Assembly (NCBI GenBank): GCA_964420015.1
Contig: CAYQPO010000005.1
Span: 6,523-70,522, forward strand
Length of the DNA stretch: 64,000 nt
Direction of reading: 5' to 3'
Source of the DNA: an uncultured Candidatus Saccharibacteria bacterium
Lineage (GTDB): Bacteria; Patescibacteriota; Minisyncoccia; Phycocordibacterales; SBAW01
Shown here: positions 38,573-48,646 of the stretch, one piece after another
Layout: each line of letters opens with the position of its first letter
Position numbering within the stretch: the stretch's first letter is position 1
The notes under the pieces: model-generated
The model's input: the letters and a program-made list of their open reading frames with translations, nothing else
Database searches by the model: none
Told to the model about the DNA's origin: nothing
Translations under genes and position numbers: made by a program

Positions 38573-39664
38573 ATGAACAAGATGTATTTTGGTTTTGGGC
38601 TTCTATTATTGGTTATTTTAGGAGAGGTTGTGGTTTTGTCTCAAAACAAAGAACAAACCACACAGCCTATAAAAATAGGGGTGATCACGGCGCTTACCGG
38701 CGACGTAGCATACTGGGGCGAGTCGACCAAGCTTGGCGCCAAAGTGGCTCAAACTGACCTCAAAAAAGAGGGCATTGATGTGGAGTTTGTCTTTGACGAT
38801 GCGCAACTCGACCCCAAGTTGGCACTGACCGCTGCACAAAAAGAGGTCGGGGTTGACCGTGTGCAGGCGATCTACAGCGAGTTTAACCCGGCAGCAATTG
38901 CGGTGAGCTCGTTTGTAAAAGATAAAAATATCTTGCATGTGTATGATGCAGCACCGATCTCGCCACTGCAAGAGAGCATCAACAACTACAAAACGTTTAC
39001 CGATTTTGAGGTTGGATGCCGTAAAGCAGCCGAGCTGCTTAAGAGTCGCGGCGTACTAAAAGTGGGCGTATTGCAAAATGCACTCGAGTTTGGTCAGTTG
39101 TGCACCAACGGTGTGGTCGCGGTGTATGGAAACAATGCGCTCATCGAAAAATATAATCCTGACACGACCGACTTTCGCACGCCACTTACAAAAATGAAAG
39201 CTGCCGACGTGGGCGCGGTGTTTGTTGCATCGTTTTCGCCTGACCAGATTACTGTGCTCAAAAATATGCGCGGCATTGGGATGAGCGCGCTCTTGGTAGG
39301 CACTACCGACATTGCCACGCCCGAAGTGGTTTCGACTAATGCAAGCCTGCTTAACCACACACTTATCTTTGGGTTGCCGGTGGTCTCACAGAGTTTTATC
39401 ACCAAGCTCAAAGCAGCAATACCGGACGCAACTATTACGAACGAACAGGCGGCGGGGCTAGCCTATGTGCACCTGATGCAAATAGCGCATGCGATCAAGG
39501 CGTGCGGCAACAATCTTGCTTGCGAGCGTAAAGCCATGGACGCATCAAAATCTGCACCCGAGATCGGGTTTAAGGGTTTCGACAATCACATTGCCACGTT
39601 CGACACCTATATAGAGGAGTTTACGAACGGCGCATTCACACCGGTAGACTCTGAGCTACAATAG
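38573..39664 (+). CDS. LivJ/LivK-like ABC substrate-binding protein (6)
   Basis: IKIGVITALTG, TDFRTPLTK. Confidence 0.82.
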   Translation: MNKMYFGFGLLLLVILGEVVVLSQNKEQTTQPIKIGVITALTGDVAYWGESTKLGAKVAQTDLKKEGIDVEFVFDDAQLDPKLALTAAQKEVGVDRVQAIYSEFNPAAIAVSSFVKDKNILHVYDAAPISPLQESINNYKTFTDFEVGCRKAAELLKSRGVLKVGVLQNALEFGQLCTNGVVAVYGNNALIEKYNPDTTDFRTPLTKMKAADVGAVFVASFSPDQITVLKNMRGIGMSALLVGTTDIATPEVVSTNASLLNHTLIFGLPVVSQSFITKLKAAIPDATITNEQAAGLAYVHLMQIAHAIKACGNNLACERKAMDASKSAPEIGFKGFDNHIATFDTYIEEFTNGAFTPVDSELQ

Positions 39665-39668
39665 GGAG

Positions 39669-40382
39669 GTGCAAGAAACACTCCTCAAACTCCACAGTGG
39701 CAAGGTGCACTACGGCGGCGTGGTGGCGCTCGATGGCGCTACGGTGCAAATCGACGAAGGCGAAATTGTCGCGCTCATGGGGCCCAACGGCGCAGGCAAA
39801 ACGACCGTGATCAAAGCGATCGTCGGCGTGGCGCCCTTGCAAGAAGGCGCAGTGCTTTGGCACGGACAAAAGCTCAAACCAATCCCGCACGAGATGCCCG
39901 CGCGCGGTGTGGCCTATGTGCCCCAAGGGAGGCAGGTGTTTAAAAATCTCACCGTATTGGAGAATTTGGAACTCGGCGGCTATGCGCTCAAAAATAAAAG
40001 CGACATCAAACAAAACATTGAGAGCGTGTTGAAACTCTTCCCCGCGCTCAAAGAAAAGTTGAACCAAAAAGCTGGGCTGCTTAGCGGGGGTCAACAGCAG
40101 ATGCTCACGATCGCGCGCGGCTTGGTAAGCGACCCGAAAGTGCTTTTGCTCGACGAACCATCGCTCGGTCTTGCACCCAAAATTGTTAAAGAGGTGTTTG
40201 CGCTCATTAAAGAAATAAATCAGGCACGCACAATCGCCGTGCTCGTGGTAGAGCACAGCATCAAATCAGTCTTGGAGATCGCCGACCGCGCTTACGTGCT
40301 CTCGCGAGGCAAAGTAGCTATCACCAAAAACAAAGGGGAGCAGCTCGCGCCCGACGCGCTCGAAAAGGTCTTTTTGGCTTAA
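39669..40382 (+). CDS. livF: ABC ATP-binding protein, LivF-like
   Basis: GPNGAGKT, VPQGRQVF, LSGGQQQML, DEPSLGLAP. Confidence 0.9.
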   Translation: MQETLLKLHSGKVHYGGVVALDGATVQIDEGEIVALMGPNGAGKTTVIKAIVGVAPLQEGAVLWHGQKLKPIPHEMPARGVAYVPQGRQVFKNLTVLENLELGGYALKNKSDIKQNIESVLKLFPALKEKLNQKAGLLSGGQQQMLTIARGLVSDPKVLLLDEPSLGLAPKIVKEVFALIKEINQARTIAVLVVEHSIKSVLEIADRAYVLSRGKVAITKNKGEQLAPDALEKVFLA

Positions 40383-40449
40383 CCCATTCTTCAGCGATCA
40401 GGCGAGCTATACTGAGGATGGCAAACCTTTCAGTACAGGAGCACCACCC

Positions 40450-40833
40450 ATGATTGCTCGAACCATCAGGGGAGCCGAAAAGAAGGCGGCCAAGGAACGT
40501 AGAAAAGGCTACGACGCCAAGGAAAGACTCTCTGTTCGCATGGACCGAGTCCGGGAGAGGTGCCCCGATCTCGCGGGCAAAAGCGACGAAGAGCTTTTTA
40601 TCGAGGCTTGTGGCGATACCGAACAAGGCAAGGCCGACTTTAAAGAAGCGCGCGAACGCGGCGGAGAGCATGAGACCATGGACGCCTTCTGCAACAGCCG
40701 ACTTGCAACGACCAGCGAGCGAGAGCAGGGCGCCACCACCAATGCTCCGGGCGACACCGCGCCAGCAGCGCAGTTTGGAGACACCGGCCTTTTGCTCAAG
40801 CTCAAGAAAAAGTTCAAAAGGAAGGGTGAATGA
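40450..40833 (+). CDS. orphan charged hypothetical protein
   Basis: TATACT and AGGAG SD upstream; hairpin at 40838-40866. Confidence 0.55.
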   Translation: MIARTIRGAEKKAAKERRKGYDAKERLSVRMDRVRERCPDLAGKSDEELFIEACGDTEQGKADFKEARERGGEHETMDAFCNSRLATTSEREQGATTNAPGDTAPAAQFGDTGLLLKLKKKFKRKGE

Positions 40834-40866
40834 AGAAAAAGAGCCCCGCTGGCCGCGGGGCTCTTT

Positions 40867-41763
40867 CTATTTTCTTCGCTTGCCATGAAAGGCCCGGTGC
40901 ACCTCGCGCAGGTGTTTGTCGGTGATGTGGGTGTAGACCTGGGTGGTTGAGATGTTTTGGTGGCCCAAAAGCGCTTGCACGCTGCGCAAGTCTGCGCCGT
41001 TTTCAAGCAAATCAGTGGCAAAGCTGTGGCGGATCACGTGCGGGGTCACCTTGCGCGTGATGCCGGCTTTAATCGCATAGTGTTTGACGATCCGCTCAAC
41101 AGAGCGCGGCGTGAGGCGCAATTCTTTGGCCGCACCGGCATTTTTGCCGAGCTGAATAAACAACGCTTCGTCGACATCGGCACGCTTTTTTTCGTACTCC
41201 TTTATAGCTGCTTTGGCTCCAGGGGAGAGAAACACCACGCGCACCTTCTCGCCCTTGCCGCGCACCGAAAACTCATCGCGGGTTAAGTCGAAGTCACGAT
41301 TGAGTGAGCAGAGTTCGGATACACGCAGGCCGGTGCTAAAAAGGAGCTCGAGCATGGCTCTGTCCCGCAGTGCGGCAAGGCCGCTGCGCGCAGGCGCTTG
41401 CATTAACCTGTTGAGTTCGTCGTGGGTAATCAAGTCGAGGTCGCGTTGGCCAACCTTGGCCAATTCAATCCGCTCGGGATTTAAACTTTCTATCCCGCGC
41501 TTGCGCAAAAATTTTAAGAATGCGCGCAGTGCAATAAGGTAGTAGTTTTGTGTTTTATGTTTGAGGCCCTGGCGATTGAGCGCAATCCGAAACTCCCGCA
41601 CCGAGCTTTCGGTCAACTTAGCGGGAGAGACGAGCTTGCTAAAGCCTAAGTAGCGGGTGAGGTAGTGATCATAATTCTCGACCGTCTTAACAGAGCGACC
41701 TTTCTCAATCTCTAAGTATTCGAGAAACTGTGTTTTGAGTTTTTGGAGTTCGGTGGCTGCCAT
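40867..41763 (-). CDS. XerC/XerD-like tyrosine recombinase
   Basis: TGLRVSEL, GKGEKVR, HVIRHSFAT, LLGH...TTQVY. Confidence 0.93.
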   Translation of the reverse strand: MAATELQKLKTQFLEYLEIEKGRSVKTVENYDHYLTRYLGFSKLVSPAKLTESSVREFRIALNRQGLKHKTQNYYLIALRAFLKFLRKRGIESLNPERIELAKVGQRDLDLITHDELNRLMQAPARSGLAALRDRAMLELLFSTGLRVSELCSLNRDFDLTRDEFSVRGKGEKVRVVFLSPGAKAAIKEYEKKRADVDEALFIQLGKNAGAAKELRLTPRSVERIVKHYAIKAGITRKVTPHVIRHSFATDLLENGADLRSVQALLGHQNISTTQVYTHITDKHLREVHRAFHGKRRK

Positions 41764-41863
41764 ACTCCCATTATAGGTCGCAAAATATTATTTGTTTCTT
41801 TGACACCTTTGCGCACGCTGTGCAATTCTAGGTAGTAGGAGCACCAACAGAAAGGGAAGACCC

Positions 41864-42544
41864 ATGAAGCTGACTCGACTGTTGTGGTTGATCGCGGCCT
41901 TCATGGTCGCATTCACCCACGCTGCGCTTGCCGGAGAAGACGCCGACTTCCAGCACTTATGCAGAGTATTCTTGCTCACGCCCAAAGTCGATGGCTATGG
42001 CGACTTTTTCGAAAAGGACATCATCGCCGCAGAAAAGATGGGCATGGAGCTTTGCGAGTACTCGATCGGCGGCCTGATCGCCAAAAATCGCCCCTCGCTT
42101 GCAGAAATGCTGCGGGCAGTTGAAGAGGAGACCGGGGTCGAACCGGGGATCACGGCCTGCTTTAGAGACGACAAGTATCGGCCCAGAGCCGAAGGCAAGG
42201 CCAACGACCCTCGCGACTCGTTCCACGGCGGGACCAACGTCACCAAAGGCTACGGCGATGGCGAGGCCTGCGACATCGTTGGGCTTGCCCACAATCGCCG
42301 CGAGCGCGACGAGAGGAATGCTGTTGTGTGGGCGTGGTTGCGCAAAAACGATGAGCGTTTTGGGTGGAAGCTCATCTACGGCGAGTGCGACGGCGGGCAT
42401 GTGGCTCCCCTAAAAGGCCGCGAGTACTACGCAAAGTTTGGAGCATGGAACAGGCCTTGTAAGCATGGGACGCGCATTGCCAAAGGCAAGCGTCGTTCGG
42501 CCCGCTTTGCAAGCCTCCCGGGAGCACGACACGCTCCTCATTAA
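41864..42544 (+). CDS. secreted peptidase M15-like protein
   Basis: Signal peptide; SFH...GEACDI...GHV resembles M15 zinc ligands. Confidence 0.55.
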   Translation: MKLTRLLWLIAAFMVAFTHAALAGEDADFQHLCRVFLLTPKVDGYGDFFEKDIIAAEKMGMELCEYSIGGLIAKNRPSLAEMLRAVEEETGVEPGITACFRDDKYRPRAEGKANDPRDSFHGGTNVTKGYGDGEACDIVGLAHNRRERDERNAVVWAWLRKNDERFGWKLIYGECDGGHVAPLKGREYYAKFGAWNRPCKHGTRIAKGKRRSARFASLPGARHAPH

Positions 42545-42643
42545 GAAAAACCGGCCCCGGCGCGCCAAGGCGCGCCGGGGTTTAACTGTTTACACAATAC
42601 AAAGGGTATTGCGTAAAATCACCTAATGTGATATAGTCTGCCC

Positions 42644-42910
42644 ATGCTGACCAAGCAGAAAAAGGCAAAAACCGTTAAGGAAGCGGCTATGCATGAGCAG
42701 GACACCGGCAGCCCCGAGGTCCAAGTGGCCCTTTTGACTAAGCGTATCGACGAGCTCACCTCGCATCTAAAGAAGCACACCAAAGACAAACATAGTCGCC
42801 GCGGCCTCTTGCAGATGGTGGCCGACCGCCGCACGCATCTCAAGTATTTGGAGGGCTCTAACAAGAAGCGCTACAACGCACTTCTTAAAAAACTGGGCTT
42901 GAAGAAATAA
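42644..42910 (+). CDS. rpsO: 30S ribosomal protein S15
   Basis: [22 protein letters not shown]. Confidence 0.97.
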   Translation: MLTKQKKAKTVKEAAMHEQDTGSPEVQVALLTKRIDELTSHLKKHTKDKHSRRGLLQMVADRRTHLKYLEGSNKKRYNALLKKLGLKK

Positions 42911-43021
42911 TTTCTTTTTTTGGGTGTAGTATTGAGAGAGGCATTTTTGTTTCGCCTTGGTTCATGCGGAGCATAGGTTTGGTGAGTATTTTTAAAAGAG
43001 TTCATTTAGTATGTATTTTAT

Positions 43022-43690
43022 ATGGCAATCATTAAACACAAAAGCCAGCGTGTCGGCATTTTTATAGACACACAAAACCTCTACCACAGCGCCAAAAACC
43101 TCTACAAGTCTAAAGTCAACTTCGGCCAGGTGGTCAAGGAGGCAGTCGCAGGACGCAATCTGATCCGCGCAATAGCCTACGTGATCCGCACCGAGGGCGA
43201 GGAGGAAAAAGGTTTTTTCGAGGCGCTCAACAAACTCGGGATCGAGACGCGGGTTAAAGACATTCGTGTCTTTGCCGGTGGGGCCAAAAAGGCCGACTGG
43301 GACATCGGGATGGCGATCGATGCGGTTGCGATGGGGCAGAAGCTCGACGCTATTATTTTGGCAACGGGCGATGGAGACTTTGTACCCTTGGTCGAGTATC
43401 TTAAATATACCTACGGCGTGCAGGTTGAGGTGATCGCGTTTGGCAAATCGTCTTCGGGCCAGTTGCGCGAGGCGGCCGACGACTTTATCGACATCTGCGA
43501 AGATCCGCGCAACTTCCTGATTGGCTACCGCGGCGGCGTCGGGCGCTACATCCCTGGTTTCGGTGGCAGTGCAGGGAGCGACCGCAACGGCGGGCGGGTC
43601 AATGCCGATACCTCGATGGAGACGACCGAAGCCCCTAGCTGGGACGGCGACGGAGAAGACCCGGCGATCAAGATGTCGGGCGAGGAATAA
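43022..43690 (+). CDS. NYN domain protein (LabA/DUF88)
   Basis: FIDTQN, DWDIGMAID, TGDGDFVPL, ADDFID. Confidence 0.9.
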   Translation: MAIIKHKSQRVGIFIDTQNLYHSAKNLYKSKVNFGQVVKEAVAGRNLIRAIAYVIRTEGEEEKGFFEALNKLGIETRVKDIRVFAGGAKKADWDIGMAIDAVAMGQKLDAIILATGDGDFVPLVEYLKYTYGVQVEVIAFGKSSSGQLREAADDFIDICEDPRNFLIGYRGGVGRYIPGFGGSAGSDRNGGRVNADTSMETTEAPSWDGDGEDPAIKMSGEE

Positions 43691-43717
43691 TTCTAAAAAA
43701 TTTATTACAGAAAGTGA

Positions 43718-43750
43718 AAAGCCCTACCTCCGACGGAGGTAGGGCTTTTC
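43718..43750. terminator. bidirectional terminator
   Basis: AAAAGCCCTACCTCC-gac-GGAGGTAGGGCTTTT between convergent genes. Confidence 0.75.
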
Positions 43751-43759
43751 GCAGCGCCG

Positions 43760-44317
43760 CTAAGCGGCGCTGCGTTTTGCTGGCCAGTTGTTCACCACCC
43801 GAAAGTCGTCGATACTCGCGTGCCCCCCGGCCCACGGCCATCCCTGCACAAAGCCGAGGTAGTAGTGGACTGTGTTGTGAACGGGCGAGTGAGTGTTGTA
43901 GGCGAGTGCTGCAAAGAACGCGTGGTCTTGCAAACCGCCCTCATGCTCGAGCGGGTAGCACGACTTGCAGCCGACTTTGGCTGCTGCGCCGGCAGCGAAC
44001 CCGCTCCAGCGGCGGCGTTTGTCGGCGTCGTTCATCCGCGCCATGTCAAGAAACATTTGCTCGACATGCCCGTAGACCTGCTCCGGTGTGGGCCCTTGCA
44101 AACTAAGCGGAGCCGCATTCGGCTCGATGTTTTTGGGCTGGCCGATCAGCTCACCGAGCTGTATGACACTGGGCAGCATAGCGCCGTGCTTGAGCTGCAC
44201 AGCTCTTACAAAAGCTGCCGCTTGCGCGATGCAGTGCAACTCACTTACCCCTGCGAGCATCTGCTCGCTGCGGGCGAGCGCGGCAGCGATTTCTTGCGGA
44301 GTCATCGTGTGACTCAT
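43760..44317 (-). CDS. orphan hypothetical protein
   Basis: GAGGAG SD before ATG; ends at the terminator. Confidence 0.6.
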   Translation of the reverse strand: MSHTMTPQEIAAALARSEQMLAGVSELHCIAQAAAFVRAVQLKHGAMLPSVIQLGELIGQPKNIEPNAAPLSLQGPTPEQVYGHVEQMFLDMARMNDADKRRRWSGFAAGAAAKVGCKSCYPLEHEGGLQDHAFFAALAYNTHSPVHNTVHYYLGFVQGWPWAGGHASIDDFRVVNNWPAKRSAA

Positions 44318-44420
44318 GAGGATACTCCTCTATACTGGTTGACCGACCCCACGCTAGCACAAGACTTTTGTTTTTGATAGGGTAGGCAGCAGAGAACTGA
44401 ACACTAACCGGGAGCTCTCA

Positions 44421-45272
44421 ATGAAACGCTTAAAGTTGCTACGGCCCGTGCGTATCGAGGGTTACGACTTTTGGAATCGGCGCTCGCTGCTTATCATCGA
44501 GCCGCTCTCCAAAAACACCGACGCGTGGTACTGGCGCGTGGACGGCAAAGATCTGCCAGTTACTTCGAAACTCATGGCCCTGGGGCCATGGGGGCGGACT
44601 GTCTCGCTCCAATTCGAGGAGCACCGCCTCAACGAGTTTGAACACTTGGCCTTCCTACACATGCTTGGCTTGCGTAACGTGCGGGTGGAGCTTATCGGCA
44701 GCGATTGGCCGCCGTACATGTGCTCGGAAGCACTCTGGGAGAAAGCGCTCCTGAGTCTGTGGCCTGACGGCGTGCTTGAACCGTTTGTGCCACATGCAAA
44801 AAGAGAAGAGCGCTTTGGCAAGCAACCGAGACTTCGCCAGGTGATCTACGTTCCGATGGACAACGAGGTGGAGATCCGCGCCGAGGTCGACTACGGGCCG
44901 GGCAAACAGGGAAGCGCGCAGTTTTGTATCACCGAGAAGGCGCACCCGTCTTGGGATGCAAGTATTGCGCAGATCGTGCGGGCGCGCACGCTTGGGCGGC
45001 CCAACGTGTTGCGAATCCTCGCGGGAGTATTTGGGTGGAAGCACTACAGCAAGGTGCTGTGGCTGCCGAGCGACCACTGCGAGTATACCTACCACGAACT
45101 CGCGCAACACAAAATCCTCGACGGGATGCTGCTGAGTTTTGCAGCGCCCCGCGGGATGTTCTTGAGCGGCTCGATTATCTTTCGTGCCTCTGACCACGCA
45201 ATGGACCTGGCGCTTTTGCGAGCACTCGAGCCGCAAAAGATTGCCCAGTTTCGCTCTGCCACTGCTGCCTGA
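44421..45272 (+). CDS. divergent LpxC-like (UDP-3-O-acyl-GlcNAc deacetylase family) protein
   Basis: FEHL, LGLRNV, RARTLG, HKILD and SDHA match LpxC motifs in order and spacing. Confidence 0.75.
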   Translation: MKRLKLLRPVRIEGYDFWNRRSLLIIEPLSKNTDAWYWRVDGKDLPVTSKLMALGPWGRTVSLQFEEHRLNEFEHLAFLHMLGLRNVRVELIGSDWPPYMCSEALWEKALLSLWPDGVLEPFVPHAKREERFGKQPRLRQVIYVPMDNEVEIRAEVDYGPGKQGSAQFCITEKAHPSWDASIAQIVRARTLGRPNVLRILAGVFGWKHYSKVLWLPSDHCEYTYHELAQHKILDGMLLSFAAPRGMFLSGSIIFRASDHAMDLALLRALEPQKIAQFRSATAA

Positions 45273-45417
45273 GCACAACGCACACAAAACGCCCCGGCCT
45301 TGCAGCCGGGGCGTGTTTTGCTACAGTTACAGTGTTCTCTTAATCACTAAAAGAAGCGGGTAGATAGGTAGGTCTCCATAAGAGTCGACCTAAAATCTGC
45401 CTACTTCGCCTAAAGCA

Positions 45418-47592
45418 ATGCAAACAAAAAAGTTTGAAACGAGCCTAGGTGACAAGCCTATGGTCGCAGAGTTTAGCGACCTGGCTGAGCAGGCTAACGG
45501 CTCGGTTATCTTGCGCTATGGCGAAACCGCAGTGATGGCCACGGCGGTCATGAGCCACCGCACGCGTGAGGACATCGATTACTTTCCGCTCACCGTCGAC
45601 TTTGAAGAGCGCTACTACGCCGTAGGTGGTATTTTGGGCAACCGCTTTGCCCGCCGAGAAGGTCGCTCGAGCGAAAATGCAATCCTAAGCGGCCGCATCA
45701 CCGACCGCACAATCCGGCCACTCTTCCCCCAACACATAAGCAACGAGGTACAAGTGATTCTGACCGTGCTTGCTTTGGGCGACGAGCCGGCAGACCAAGT
45801 CGGGGTTAACGCCGCCTCGCTTGCGCTGGCAACTTCGGATATCCCTTGGCAGGGCCCGGTCGCCGCGGTGCGCATCGGCGTTAAGGGCGGGCAGCCAATC
45901 ATCAACCCCACTGCCATCGAGCGCAAAGAGTGCGAGCTCGAGGTGCTTGCCTGCGGCAAAGACTCGACCATTAACATGATCGAGGTGGGCGCCAAAGAAG
46001 CGAGCGAAGAAACGGTTGCAAGCGCGTTTGGACTTGCAGTTGAGGAGCACAATAAAATCTTGGCCTGGCAGCAACAAATTGTTAAAGAAATTGGCAAACA
46101 AAAGCACAACGCCGCCAAGCCCGAGATCCCTGCGGCACTGCAGAATCTTTTTGACACCGACTTCAAAAACAAATTGACCCCGACGGTTTTTTGTGGGTAC
46201 GCAAACAAAGACTCTATCCACGCGCTGCAAGACGAGTGGCAGAAGCGTACCGACGAAACCCCCGAGCTCACCGAGATCAACAAGGGCATGATTACGCGCT
46301 TCCTCGAAGACAAAATAGACGAAGAGATCCACCGTGGCGCAATCGAGGAGAACCGCCGTGCCGACAACCGCACCATGGACGAGATCCGTCCGCTGTTTGC
46401 CCAAGCCGGAGGAGTCTCGAGCCTCCTGCATGGATCGGGGCTGTTTTATCGCGGTGGAACCCATGTCTTCACGGCACTTACTCTAGGCGGCCCTGGTGAT
46501 AGTCAGATAGTCGACTCGATCGACGCTTACGACACCAAGCGGCGCTTCTTTCATCACTACAACTTCCCCCCCTATGCTTCGGGCGAGACGGGCAAAGTGG
46601 GCGGGGTCAATCGCCGTGCCACTGGCCACGGCGCGCTTGCACAAAAAGCACTCGAGGCAGTACTCCCAAGTGCAGAGGAGTTCCCCTACACGATCCGCCT
46701 CGTCTCTGAGTGCTTGGCCTCTAACGGCTCGACCTCGATGGGCTCGGCCTGCGCCTCGACGCTCGCGCTCATGGATGGCGGTGTGCCGATCAAGGCTCCG
46801 GTTGCGGGTATTGCGATGGGGCTCATGACACACGGAGGCAAACACAAGGTGCTCACTGACATCCAGGGCCCCGAAGATGAGTTTGGGGGCATGGACTTTA
46901 AGGTGGCGGGTACACGCAAAGGTATCACCGCGATCCAGCTCGACATTAAACTCGACGGGATTCCTGTTCCCATTCTTGTAGAGGCCCTCGACGCTGCTCG
47001 AGCTGCAAGAGCACAGATTTTGGGCGTGATTGAGCAAGCGATCGCCACACCGCGCGCGAATATTTCGCTGCGCGCGCCTGAAATTGTCACCCTGCGCGTT
47101 AAGCCCGACCAAATTGGATTGGTTATCGGCGGCGGCGGCAAGACGATCAACGGTATTAAAGAGGTTTGCCAAGTAACCGACATCACCATCGAGGATGATG
47201 GTTCGATCTTTATCACTGGCAAAGGAGGTTCGGCCCAAAAAGCCAAAGCGATGATCGAAGCGTTGGTTAAAGAGTACCTGCCGGGCGAAGTCTACGAGGG
47301 CGAAGTGACGCGCATGATGGACTTCGGCGCGTTTGTGCGCATCGGCCCGGGTAAAGATGCCGAAGGCTTGGTGCACGTCTCTGAAGTGGCACCCTTCCGC
47401 ATCAACAAGATTGCTGACGCGCTCAAAGTAGGGGAGAAAGTCCGCGTTATGATTAAAGAGATTGACGAAAAGGGGCGGTTGAATCTCTCGATCAAAGCTA
47501 CTGACCCCGACTTCGCCACTCGCAAAGGGCTTAGCCCCACACCACATGCCGCCCCAAGAGCCGAATACCCCAAAACCACTCGACCCGAGTAG
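45418..47592 (+). CDS. pnp: polyribonucleotide nucleotidyltransferase
   Basis: DRTIRPLF, HHYNFPP, SNGSTSM, DFKVAGT, KH and S1 domains. Confidence 0.97.
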   Translation: MQTKKFETSLGDKPMVAEFSDLAEQANGSVILRYGETAVMATAVMSHRTREDIDYFPLTVDFEERYYAVGGILGNRFARREGRSSENAILSGRITDRTIRPLFPQHISNEVQVILTVLALGDEPADQVGVNAASLALATSDIPWQGPVAAVRIGVKGGQPIINPTAIERKECELEVLACGKDSTINMIEVGAKEASEETVASAFGLAVEEHNKILAWQQQIVKEIGKQKHNAAKPEIPAALQNLFDTDFKNKLTPTVFCGYANKDSIHALQDEWQKRTDETPELTEINKGMITRFLEDKIDEEIHRGAIEENRRADNRTMDEIRPLFAQAGGVSSLLHGSGLFYRGGTHVFTALTLGGPGDSQIVDSIDAYDTKRRFFHHYNFPPYASGETGKVGGVNRRATGHGALAQKALEAVLPSAEEFPYTIRLVSECLASNGSTSMGSACASTLALMDGGVPIKAPVAGIAMGLMTHGGKHKVLTDIQGPEDEFGGMDFKVAGTRKGITAIQLDIKLDGIPVPILVEALDAARAARAQILGVIEQAIATPRANISLRAPEIVTLRVKPDQIGLVIGGGGKTINGIKEVCQVTDITIEDDGSIFITGKGGSAQKAKAMIEALVKEYLPGEVYEGEVTRMMDFGAFVRIGPGKDAEGLVHVSEVAPFRINKIADALKVGEKVRVMIKEIDEKGRLNLSIKATDPDFATRKGLSPTPHAAPRAEYPKTTRPE

Positions 47593-48646
47593 TCTGCTGC
47601 TGCCTAAAAAAGAGAGTGTTTCTCCTGACACCGCAAGCCGAGTAAACGCAGCCGCGCTCTTAGCACAAGAGCAGCAGGCGGAGCTGCAAAAGCCCGAACC
47701 ATCAAAACCTGTGGCCATTGTGCAACCAAAAGCGCCGGAGAGCACGGTCAAGCCGCTTGAGACTTTTCGCAGCGACATCGAACGCGCGGTCCAGGGTGGC
47801 GCCTCGATCGTGACTATTGCTGCAGCCGAGGCCGACCGCCGCGCACAAGGGGGCAGAGCGCCTGAGGCAAAAGCTGCCGATCCTCACTTGTGGCGCCATA
47901 TCGGTTACCTAGCCGCAGGATTGGTGCTTTTGTGCGCGGCGGGCGGAGTGCTCCTGTATTTGTTGAGCAAAACGGCGCCGCTACCGGTTGCGCAGACACC
48001 GCAAGCGCCATTCATTTCGGTTGATGAAACCAAGGTTATCAGCGAGCCGGCAAACCCCACACGCGACCAACTCATGACCGACTTGACTGCTGCTAAACAA
48101 AAAGTTGCCCTCTCCGTAGGACTCGTCGAGTGGCTCTACCCCGCGCAGCAAAATGCCTCGACCAGTGCGCAGGAGGGCATCCCTGCGGCGCAGTTTTTGC
48201 AAACCCTCGCGCCAACCATCCCCGGAGAACTCTTGCGCACGCTTGAGCCGACCTACCTGGTGGGCGTGCACTCGTACGACCAAAACCAGCCTTTTTTGCT
48301 CTTGACGGTCGACAGCTACGAGGTGGCCTACGCAGCAATGCTCCAGTGGGAGCGCACCATGGAGTCTGACCTGTTGCCTTTCTTTAACCGCGACCTCTCT
48401 CCGCAATTGCCGTCGCAGCAAAGCCCCGACCTTGCCACCACGAGCCAAGCGTTTGTCCCCAGCAATTTTGTCGACCAGGTGGTAGAAAATCGCGACACGC
48501 GCGTGCTCTTTTCTGACCATGGCGACCTCAAACTTTTGTGGACCATGCTGGGGCGCAACACTATCCTCATCACCACCAACAAATACACCTTGCGCGAGGT
48601 GATCTCACGCATGAACCAAGCACCCACGATTCCTGCAACACCCTAA
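47546..48646 (+). CDS. single-pass membrane hypothetical protein
   Basis: Pro-rich N-terminus, one TM helix, long ORF. Confidence 0.75.
   Translation: MPPQEPNTPKPLDPSSLLLPKKESVSPDTASRVNAAALLAQEQQAELQKPEPSKPVAIVQPKAPESTVKPLETFRSDIERAVQGGASIVTIAAAEADRRAQGGRAPEAKAADPHLWRHIGYLAAGLVLLCAAGGVLLYLLSKTAPLPVAQTPQAPFISVDETKVISEPANPTRDQLMTDLTAAKQKVALSVGLVEWLYPAQQNASTSAQEGIPAAQFLQTLAPTIPGELLRTLEPTYLVGVHSYDQNQPFLLLTVDSYEVAYAAMLQWERTMESDLLPFFNRDLSPQLPSQQSPDLATTSQAFVPSNFVDQVVENRDTRVLFSDHGDLKLLWTMLGRNTILITTNKYTLREVISRMNQAPTIPATP

Noticed and set aside
40867-41763. Integron integrase or prophage integrase
   Set aside because: Length and motifs fit a housekeeping Xer protein. No IntI insertion, attC array or phage genes were seen.
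45615-47778. Long antisense ORFs (for example 46483..47778, 4624..5271, 9632..10417, 6502..7179)
   Set aside because: They are shadows of well-supported genes on the opposite strand.
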